From NCBI RefSeq assembly GCF_009914755.1, contig NC_060925.1: a DNA stretch of 64,000 bases; one strand, 5' to 3'. Made by a program: the position numbers and the translations under genes. Below the pieces are notes generated by a model that did no database searches, had not been told where the DNA came from, and was given only the letters and a program-made list of their open reading frames with translations. Shown here one piece after another: positions 51,885 through 64,000 of the stretch (positions are counted from its first letter, which is position 1; each line of letters opens with the position of its first letter). Source of the DNA: the human T2T-CHM13v2.0 reference genome, Homo sapiens.

Positions 51885-52790
51885 TAGGAGGGGCCTGATC
51901 AGTGTGGGCCTGGTCAGTGGACCTAGGTCAGTGAGGACTATTTAGTGGGATCGTGGTCAGCAGGGGTCTGCTTAGAGAGGGTCTCATTAGTGGGGTCTAG
52001 TAGTGGGGTTTTGGTGAGTGGGGACCTATTGGCTGCCAGTTGTTTGGTGTCTGGTCAGTGCAAACCTGGGCTGTGGGGCTTGATCAGTGGAGACCTGGTC
52101 AGCTGGGGCTTAGTGCTGGCCTGGTCAGCATGGGCTGGGGCACTGGTGACCAGGTCAAGGGGTGCTATTCAGTGGAGGAGTGGGCACATGGGACTTAGTC
52201 AGCAGACCCTGGTGGGCGTGTCCTCATCAGTGAGGCCCTTGTCAGTGGGGCCCTGGTCAGGGCAGCCTTGTCGGTGGGACCTAATCTGTAGTGTCCTGGT
52301 CAGAGAGGACTTGGTCAGTGGTGACTTTTGTAGCACCGGTCTACAGGGTGACCTGGTCAGCGGGGATCTCAGCATTTGGTGCCGGTTCAGTGGGGTCTAC
52401 TCACTAGGGTCCCAGTCAGGGGCATCTGGTGACATAAGGCCTCGTTATTAGGGGCCTGATCAGTGGCAACCTGTTCCCTGGAGGCCTGGTCAGTGGGGCC
52501 TCATCTTTGGGGCCAGGGAATGAGGTCATGATCAGTGGAACCTGATCAGTGAGGCCTTGTCAATAATGACCTAGTCAGTGAGGACTTGTCAGTAAGGACT
52601 TAGTCCATGAGTCCTTGTCAGTGAGGCCTTGTCAGTAAGGTCCTGGTCAGTGGAGTCCTTGTCATTGTGTGCCTGGCAGTGGGGGCCTTGTTAGTGGGGC
52701 CTGGTCATGAGGGTCTAATCAGTGAGGGTGTCATCAGGGAGGACCTGATGTGCGGGGTCTGGTCAGCAGGGACCTGGTCAATGTGGGCTG
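51885..52790 (+). repeat. Degenerate GGTCAGTG repeat, copy C
   Basis: Paralog of 37255-38020, with homology continuing to 53125 (=~38360). Confidence 0.85.
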
Positions 52791-53132
52791 CTGAGCACTG
52801 CTTGGATAAGCCAGGTGCAATGTGCATTATTGAAGGCCCTGTGGACAGCTGGGATAGCCCAGTGATGCCCAAGGGCCTAGTCAGAAGTGGACAAAGCACG
52901 TATTTGGATGGACCTGGGAGATCCTGCTCAGAGATTCTGACAGGACAAAGGTAAAGGAAGGGCCAGAGTGGCTGGAGAGATGGTCACAGTCTATGGGCTG
53001 CACAGGATGGAGGAGGCCAGGGAAAAGGCAGGGTGGGCAGTTGGGGTTCAGGGAGAGACAGGTGCATGCTGGGAGGTCAGACCCTGTGAGGGCTTTGGGG
53101 GCGTCAGGTTGGGTAGGCTCCAGGCACTCTCG

Positions 53133-54543
53133 CTCACATAGGATTCCAGAACACTGCTACAAGGCTCTGAGTGTTTGTCCCTCACATAGGATTCCAGAAC
53201 ATTGCTGCCATTGTCTGAATGTATGTCCCCCACATAGGATTCCAGAAGCCTGCTGCTGGGGTCTGAATGTTTGTCCCCCATCTAGGATTCCAGAACACTG
53301 CTGCGAGGGTCTGAATGTATGTCCCTCACATATGATTCTAGAATATTGATGCTAGGGTCTGTATGTTTGCCCTTAACATATGATTTCAAAACACTGCTCC
53401 TGGATTCTGAATGTTTGTCCTTCACATTGGAATACAGAACACTGCTGCTGGAGTCTGAATGTTTGTCACTCACATAGAATTCCAGAACACTGCTGCGAGG
53501 ATCTGAATGTTTGACCCTCACATGGGATTCCAGAACACTGCTGCGAGGGTCTAAATGTCTGTCCCTTACATAGGTTCCCAGCACAATGTTACGAGGTTCT
53601 GAATGTTTGTCCCTAACATAGGATTCCAGAGCACTCCTGCTGTGCTCTGAATGCTTCTCCCTCACATAGGATTCCAGAACACTGCTATGAGGGTCTGAAT
53701 GCTTATACCTCATATAGGATTCCAGAACACTCCTGCTGTGGTCTGAATGTTTGTCCCTCACATAGGATTCCAGAACATTCATGCTGGGGTCTCAATGTTT
53801 CCCTTAACATAGGATTTCAGAACACTGCTCTTGGGATCTGAATGTTTGTCCCTCACATAGGATTACAGAACACTGCTGCTGGAGTCTGAATGTTTGTCAG
53901 TCACATAGAATTCCAGAACACTGCTACAAGGGTGTGAATATTTTTCCCTCACCTAGTATTCCAGAACACTGTTGCAAGGTTCTGCATGTTGGTCCATCAT
54001 ATAGGATTCCAGAACACTGCTGCTGTGGTCTGAATGTTTGTCCCTCCCATAGAATTCTGGAACACTGCTACAAGGGTCTGAATGTTTGTCCTTCACATAC
54101 CATTCCAGAACACTGCTGCCGTGGTCTGAATGTATGTCCCTCACATAGGATTCCAGAACACTGCTACTAGGTTCTGAATGTTTTTCCCACACCTAGGATT
54201 CCAGAACACTTCTGCTGGTGTCTGAATGGTTGTCCCTCACATATGATTCCAGGACACTGCTATGAGAGTCTTAATGTTTGTCCTTCACATAGAATTCCAG
54301 AACACTGCTCCCGTGGTCTGAATGTTTGTCCCTCACATAGCATTCCGGAACACTGCTACAAGGGTTTGAAAGTTTGTCCCTCACATAGGATTCCACAACA
54401 CTACTGCTGGGGTCTGAATGTTTGGCCCTCACATAGGATTCTAGAACACTCCAGCTGGCTTCTGAGTGTTTGTCCCTCACATAGGATTCCTGAAGACTGC
54501 TGCTGTCGCTATAGTCATTGTGAGTGTCTGAATGTTTGACCTT
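53133..54543 (+). repeat. CER 48-bp satellite, ~29 units
   Basis: Unit tcacataggattccagaacactgctgctggggtctgaatgtttgtccc; 16-aa periodic ORFs (SHRIPEHCC.GLNVCP). Confidence 0.92.
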
Positions 54544-54677
54544 CAACAAACACCAAATATCCTGGCCCTTTAGTCTTGGACTTTCCAGCCTCCAGATCTG
54601 TGAGCAATAATCTCTGTTGTTTATGAATTACTCAGTCTGAAGTATTTTGTTATAGTAGCCTAAAGAGACTAAGAGAG
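54544..54677 (+). mobile_element. MaLR (MST/MLT1A-like) LTR 3' end
   Basis: tcttggactttccagcctccaga.ctgtgagcaataa.ctctgttgtttatgaattactcagtct..gtattttgttatagtagcc..gactaaga. Confidence 0.8.
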
Positions 54678-54689
54678 CATCACCTGCCC

Positions 54690-56596
54690 TGTCACCTCAT
54701 CACCGCATTACTGAAGCTATACTAACAGCAGTCACTTTTCGTGGGTGCTTCATGTATGAGAATAAAGGGAAAAAATTGCAAGGCATACTAAAATCCAAAA
54801 AAAGAAAAAAATACAATTTGTGTCAAAAGAGCAAGCTTCAGAAGCAGACAAAGATATGATTTTGGAATTTTTTTTTAAACCTCTGGAGAATATGCTAAGG
54901 GCCTAATGAATGAAGTAGACAGTATTCAAGTGTAGATGGGTAATGTTATCAGAAAGACAAACATCGTAAGAACTTTCAACATAATGTAGTGATGAAAAAC
55001 GTGGTAAATAACTGAAGAATACCTCTGATGGCTTATTAGTAGACTGGACTCAGCTGAGTAAAAATCTCTGAGCTTGAGGATTTATCATCAGAAACTTCAA
55101 AACCTAAAGAAAAGAAACACTGAAAAGAACAGAAGATGATATTCAAGACTGTGGGACAACTACAAAAGGTGAAACAGAGTAATGAGAATACCAGGAGGAG
55201 AAGAAATAGAAGAAAGTTCTGCAACAACCATGTCTGAGAACTTCCAGTATTAATGTCAGACACCAAACCAAAGATCCAGGAAGCTCCGAGAACACCAGGC
55301 AGAATAAATGCCAACAACCTACACTTGGACATATAATTTTCAAACTATATGAAATAAAAGATAAAGGAAAACTCTGAAAGAAACCAGAGGTGGGGCAGAA
55401 AACACCTTACCTACAGAGACACAAAGATAAGAACTGCATTCAACATTGCAGAAACTGTGAAAGCAAGAAGACAGTGAAATGAAAAATTCAAAATGTTGAC
55501 AGAAAAAAACCCACCAACCTAAGTTTCTGTACCCACTGAAAACACCCTTCAAAAGTGAAGGAGAATTAAGGCCTTCCTCAGAAAAATAAAAATTCAAGAA
55601 ACTTGTTGCCAGGAGACCTGCCTTGCAAGAAATTTTAAATGAAATTCTTTAGGGAAACAAAAGATATGTAACTGAAACCTGGATCAACATTTTTTTAAAA
55701 AGAGCATTAAAGAAAGAATTGTGGTACAATAAAAACCTATGTATTTATTCTTAATTGATCTGACCAAGAAGTTCATAGACAATAACAAATACACACAGAT
55801 AGATTATGTATGCTTATACACAATTGAAATGAGTAACATTAATACAAGGAATGGAATGGAAGGATGGGAGGGAGGCATTGTGGTACAATAAAAACATGTA
55901 TTTATTCATAATTGATCTGACCAATAAGTTTGTAGATAATAATGAATACACACAGATAGATTATGCATGCTTATACACAAGTGAAATAAGGAACAATAAT
56001 ACAAGGAATGGAATGGAAGGATGGGAGGGAGGAATCAGGTGTTTTCTTTGTTAAGCAGGTAGTCACCCGTGAAGTGGGATAGTGTTATCTGAAAGTGGAC
56101 TTGAATTGGTTGTAAATGTATATTGAGGAATTAGGTGTGTTCTTTGTTAAGCAGGTAGTCTTATTTGTGGGATAGTGGGATAGTGTTATTTGAAAGTGGA
56201 CTTGAATTAGTTGTAAATGTTACTGAGGAATTAGGTGTTTTGTTTGTTAAGCAGGTAGTCTTATTTGTGGGATAGTTGGATAGTGTTACTTGAAAGTGGA
56301 CTTGCATTGGTTGTAAATGTATATTGCAAATTCTGTGGCAACTAGTTAAAAAAGGTTTTAAAAAGAGAAGTACATGCTAAGAAAGACAGGGAAAATGTAG
56401 TCATCTAAAATCATCAATGAAAACTGCAAAAGGGAGAAAAAGAGTGGTAGACAAAAGAATGGAGACTGAGGAGAATGAATAGAAAACAGTAACAAATATA
56501 GTAGATATTAATCCAATGATATCAATAATCACTTTGAATGTTAATGGTATGAATGTACCAATTCAAAGGTAGAGATTGTCACAGTCTATCAAAAGA
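54690..56596 (+). mobile_element. Old L1M ORF1 / inter-ORF / ORF2 start with internal tandem duplications
   Basis: aaaccaaagatccaggaagctccgagaacaccaggcagaataaat; ccttcaaaagtgaaggagaattaag; atcaataatcactttgaatgttaatgg. Confidence 0.75.
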
Positions 56597-57309
56597 CAGA
56601 CACATCTTGTTTCACTGCACTTTGCTTTATTGTATTTTGTGACCATGTGTTTTACATATTGAAGCTTTGTGGCCACCCTGCAATAAGCAGTTCTCACTGG
56701 CACCATTGTTCCTACAGCACGTGCTCACTTCACGTCTCTGTGTCAAATTTCGGTCATTCTCGCAGTATTTTAAGATTTTTATTATTGAATCTGTTGTGGT
56801 GATCTGTAATCAGTGATCTTTAATGCTACTGTTGTCATTGTTTTGGGAACCACAAATCACACCAGGATAAGACAGCAAACAATTGACAAATGCGTTTGTT
56901 CTGACTGCCCAACCAACGGGCCATTTCTCTTTCTCTTTTTCTCTGGCTTCTTTTTATTAATATTAAAATGTGGCCCATTAATAACCCTACAATAGCCTCT
57001 ATATGTTCATGAAAGAAGAGTTGCATGTCTGTCACTTTAAACCAAAAGGAAGAAATAATTAAGCTTAGTGAGGAAGGCATGCTGTAAGCAAGACAGGCCA
57101 GTAGCTAGACCTCATGCAACAAACACTTAGCCAAGTTGTGAATGCAAAGGAAGTGTTCTGGAAAGAAATTTAAAGTACTGCTCCAGTGAACACATGAATG
57201 ATAAAAAGCTAAACAATCTTGCTGCTGTTATGAAGAAAGTTTAATTGGTCTAGATAGAAGATGAATAAAAACAAAAAACATTCCATTAAGCCTAAGCCTA
57301 ACTCTTCTT

Positions 57310-57617
<308 letters not shown>

Positions 57618-58475
57618 TCTCTTCAATTCTATGAAGACTTAGAGTGGTGAGGCAGCTGCAGAAGGAAAGTCTGAAGCTAGAAGAGCTTGTTTCTTGAGGT
57701 TTAAGGAAAAAAGTCATCTCCATAACATAAAAGCGCAAGATAAAGCAGCAAGTACTGATGGAAAAGCTGCAGAAAGCTATCTAGAAGATAACTAATTAAG
57801 ATGGCTACACTAAATAGATTTGCAATGGAGACAAAACAGCCTTCTACTAGAAGGAGATGTCATCTAGGATGTTCCCAGCTAGAGAGGAGTTGATGCCTGG
57901 CTTTAAGGCTTCAAAGGACATGCTGACTCTTTTGTTAAGGGCTAATGCAGTTATTGATGTTAACTTGAAACCAATGATGATTTACTATTCTGAAAATCCG
58001 AGGGCCCTGAAGAATTATGATAAAACACAGCTCTGTCTGTACTCTACAAATGGGAACAAAGCCTGGATGACAGACTATCGGTTTACAAATACGGTTTACT
58101 GAATATCTTAAGCCCAGTGTTGACACCTACTGCTCAAGAAATAAGATTCCTTTCAAAGTATTACCACTCACTGACAATGCCCCTTGTACTCAGGGGCTTT
58201 TACAGAGATGTATAAAGAGCTGAATATTGTTTTCATGCCTACTAAACCAACATTCATTCTGGTGCCCTTGGATCAAAGAATAATTTCAACTTTCAAGTCT
58301 TATCACGTAAAAAATATATTTCATAAAGCTATAACTTCTCTAGAAAGTGATTCTTTTGATGGATCTGGGCAAAATAATTGAAAACCTACTGGAAAGGATT
58401 CACCATTCTAGATGCCATTGAGAACATTCATGATTTAAAAAATAAGATCAAAATAGCAACATTAGGAGAAGTTGG

Positions 58476-58771
<296 letters not shown>

Positions 58772-59356
58772 GAGAAGTTGGGAAGATTATTCCAACCCTC
58801 ACAGATGACACAGGGGTTCACGACTTCTGTGGAGGAGGTAACTGCAGATATGGTGGAAATAACAAGAGCACTAGAATCAGAGACAGAGCCTGAAGGTCTG
58901 GCGAGATTGCAGCAGCCTCCGGAGAAAACGTGAGTGGATGAGTTGCTTCCACGGATGAGCAAAGAAAGTGGTTTCTTGAGATGAAATCTACTCGTGGTGA
59001 AGACAGTGTAAACAATGTTGAGATGACAACAGATTTAGAATAAACTTAGTTGGTACAGCAGAAGGAGGGCTTGACAGAATTGAACCCAATGATTTACAAT
59101 AATACATAAACTTAGTTGGTACAGCTGTATGAAGGTTTGACAGGATTGAATCAAATTTTGAAAGTTCTACTGTGGGTAAAAAGCTATCAAACAACACCGT
59201 ATGCTACAGATAATTCTTTTGTGAAAGGGAGAGTCAATTGACACAGCAAACTTCAATGGTGTCTTATTTTAAGAAATTGCCACAGCCACCCCAACGCTCA
59301 GCAACCACCACCTTACATTAAGGCAAGACCCTCCATCAGCAAGAAGACTGAAACTT

Positions 59357-59628
59357 GGCCAGGTGCAGTGGCTCACACCTGTCATCCCAACACCTTGGGA
59401 GGCCAAGGTGGGTAGATTGCTTGAGCCCAGGAAGTCAAGGCAACATGGCAAAACCCCATCTCTACAAAAAAAAAAAAAAAAAATACAAAAATTAGCTGGA
59501 CACGGTGGCATGCAAATGTAGTTCCAGCTAGTCAGGAGTCTGAGGTGGGGGTTTGATTGAGCATGAGGTTGAGGCTGCAATTACTCCAGCCTGAGCCACA
59601 GAGTAAAACCCTGTCAGCACACAAAAAA
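59357..59628 (+). mobile_element. Alu (J-like) nested in Tigger1
   Basis: agattgcttgagcccagg; TSD aagactgaaactt/aagattgcagctt. Confidence 0.9.
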
Positions 59629-59897
59629 AGATTGCAGCTTTCTGAAGGCTCAGATGACTGTTAGCACTTGTTAACAATAAAGTATTTGTAAATTAAAGTG
59701 TGAACACTTTGTAGACATATGCTATTGCACACTTTATACAGCACAGTATAAACATACTTTTACATGCGCTGGAAAACCAAAAGAAATTGTATAACTCACT
59801 TTATTGCAGTGGTCTGGAACCAAACCCACATATATCTCTGATGCATGGCCGTCCTGTATTGTACACTTAAAATAAAACTTAAGAGGGTATATTTTAG

Positions 59898-60210
<313 letters not shown>

Positions 60211-60334
60211 TCATTTTTTAAAAAGGGTGAGAATGAGAAATATATGGGGAGTGATGGTCAAGTTTACGGCATTATTTGTTGTGATGAGTCCTGGGGCGAA
60301 TACTTATCTCTAAACTCATTAAGATGTATATATT

Positions 60335-60606
60335 CGGTGTCACGCGCCTGTAATCCCAGCACTTTGGGAGACCGAGGCAGGTGGATCATCTGAGGTCAGG
60401 AGTTCGTGACCAGCCTGGCCAACATGGTGAAACCCTGTCTGTACTAAAAAAATACAAAAATTAGCCGGGTGTAGGGGCGCACGCCTGCGATCTCAGCTAC
60501 TCAGGAGGCTGAGGCAGGAGAATTGCTTGAACCCGGGAGGCGGAGGTTGCAGTTAGCTGAGATCATGTCACTGCACTCCAGCCTGGGCAACAAGAGTAAA
60601 ACCTCC

Positions 60607-60650
<44 letters not shown>
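60335..60650 (+). mobile_element. Alu (S-like) with (CA)n tail at 60610-60650
   Basis: cacgcgcctgtaatcccagc...gggcaacaagagtaaaacctccgt followed by CA repeat. Confidence 0.92.
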
Positions 60651-60652
<2 letters not shown>

Positions 60653-60674
60653 GGTATATATTAAATATGTGTAA

Positions 60675-61288
<614 letters not shown>

Positions 61289-61448
61289 AATTTTTAAATA
61301 TATATAATTAAAAATTAATAAAAAACAGGTATTTGCAAGTTTCCGTTTTGTTATATGCTTATTATTCTTTATCTTTACGTCAGGTTGCTGTGTCAATACA
61401 CTTAGGAGATCATAGTTTCTAAATTGAAATACAAATAAATATGTCTGA

Positions 61449-61771
<323 letters not shown>

Positions 61772-63186
61772 TGGAATTTTTTTCTAAAATTTACATTTCT
61801 GAGTTAAGAATGCTTAAAATATTATAAAAACAGAAGCACAATTCATTATGTGTTTCATTAATTACCTCTATTAAAAACAACACAATTATATTACAATAGG
61901 ACAAAAAAATGTTTAAGCAAATGAAAACAAAACCATGACATACCCAAACTCAGGAGGAGGCAACAAAGGCAGTGCTAAAGGGAAGCTTACAGCCGTAGAT
62001 GCTTAAATTAAAAAGAAGAAAGATCTCAAACCCATGGTAAAGGGAAGCTTACAGCTGCAGATGCTTAAATTAAAAAGAAGAAAGATCTCAAAGCCATGCT
62101 AAAGGGAAGCTTATAGTTGCAGGTGCTTAAATTAAAAAGAAGAAAGATCTCAAATCAATAACCTAATATTACACCTAAAGGGAAAAAAAAAAAAAAAAAA
62201 CTAATGACAAACCAAGCAAAAGGAAGAAAGTAACAGATTAGAATAGAGATAAGCAGAATAAGATCAGAAAAAAAGGAAAAAAAAAAACACTGAGTTTGCT
62301 TTTTAAAGATCAATAAAAATTTTAAAACTCACAGCTATATTAAGAAAAAAGAGAAATCTCAAATACTAAAATCATAAATAAAAGAGGTGACAGTACAACA
62401 GATTCCACAGAAATGAAAAAGATTACAAGAGACTAATGTGAGCAACCATATGCCACAAAACTGGGCAACCTAGAATAAATTTATAAATTCCTAGATACAC
62501 AAACCACCATACTGCATCATGGAGAAATAAAAAATCCAAAGAGACCTGTAACTAGTAAGAAGATTCAACCAGTAATCAAAAACCCCCCAAAAAAGAAAAT
62601 TCCAGGTCCAGATAACTTCACTGGAGAATTTTACCAAACATTTCAAGAAGAATTAATGCCAGTCCTTTGCAAAATATTCCAAAAATGTACAAAAACCAGA
62701 AGGGGACATTCCAATCCATTCTATCAGGTCAACATTTACCTGGTTCCAGAACCAGATGAACACCTTTTGTAATAAAAACACTCAAAGAATTAGTAATATA
62801 TGGAAACTCCTCAGTAAATAAAGATTATACATGAAAAGCTCACAGCTAACATCATACTGAATGGTGAAAAACTAAAATCTTTTCCTCTAGGATCAGGAAT
62901 AAGATAGCAACATCTCTTCCTGCCACTTCTATTCACAACAGTACTGGAATTTCTACTCAGAATAATTAGACAAGAGAAAGTAATAAAAAGCATGCAAATT
63001 GGAAAGGAAAAAGGACAAAATTTTGTTCACAGACAACATGATGTAATGTGTAAAAATCCTGAAATTCCACAAAATACTGGTAGAATAATGAAATTCAACA
63101 AAGTTTCAGGATACAGTAACACACACAAGTCAGTTGCATTTCTATAAACTAACAATGAACAATCTGCAAATAAAATTTTAAAAAGA

Positions 63187-63961
<775 letters not shown>

Positions 63962-64000
63962 CTACAAAACACTGTTAAAAGAAATTAAACACAAATAAAT

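Noticed and set aside
53133-54543. CRISPR-like array or cysteine-rich repeat protein (SHRIPEHCC..)
   Set aside because: Contiguous 48-bp tandem satellite without unique spacers; the ORFs are a by-product of a unit length divisible by 3; eukaryotic context.

Overview
Primate (human-like; Alu J/S/Y, L1PA, THE1 present) pericentromeric segmental-duplication mosaic with no intact protein-coding gene that I can support. 1-18 kb is Alu/L1-rich intronic DNA holding the frameshifted 3' exons of an ANKRD18/ANKRD20A (ANKRD26-family) pseudogene. 18.7-53.1 kb holds two diverged copies of one module: palindromic ~0.6 kb unit(s), a processed SNX18 pseudogene, a THE1D-type MaLR, and a GGTCAG-rich degenerate repeat. 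In copy 1 the MaLR is a ~14.7 kb array of ~3.2 kb units; in copy 2 it is 1.1 kb, but the palindromic unit is amplified about 4x. Between the copies lie an ACTB 3'UTR fused to an ANKRD26/POTE exon remnant (the POTE-actin junction), an old L1 5' half, an ERV fragment and a twin-primed L1. 53.1-54.5 kb is 48-bp CER satellite ending in a MaLR LTR 3' end, followed by old L1, a near full-length Tigger1 and Alus. The most striking unexplained signal is a cluster of more than 10 short, locally templated inverted insertions between 20.6 and 49.6 kb, affecting unrelated elements. Family assignments are from recalled consensus sequences, not database searches; boundaries are approximate unless splice sites or TSDs are quoted.
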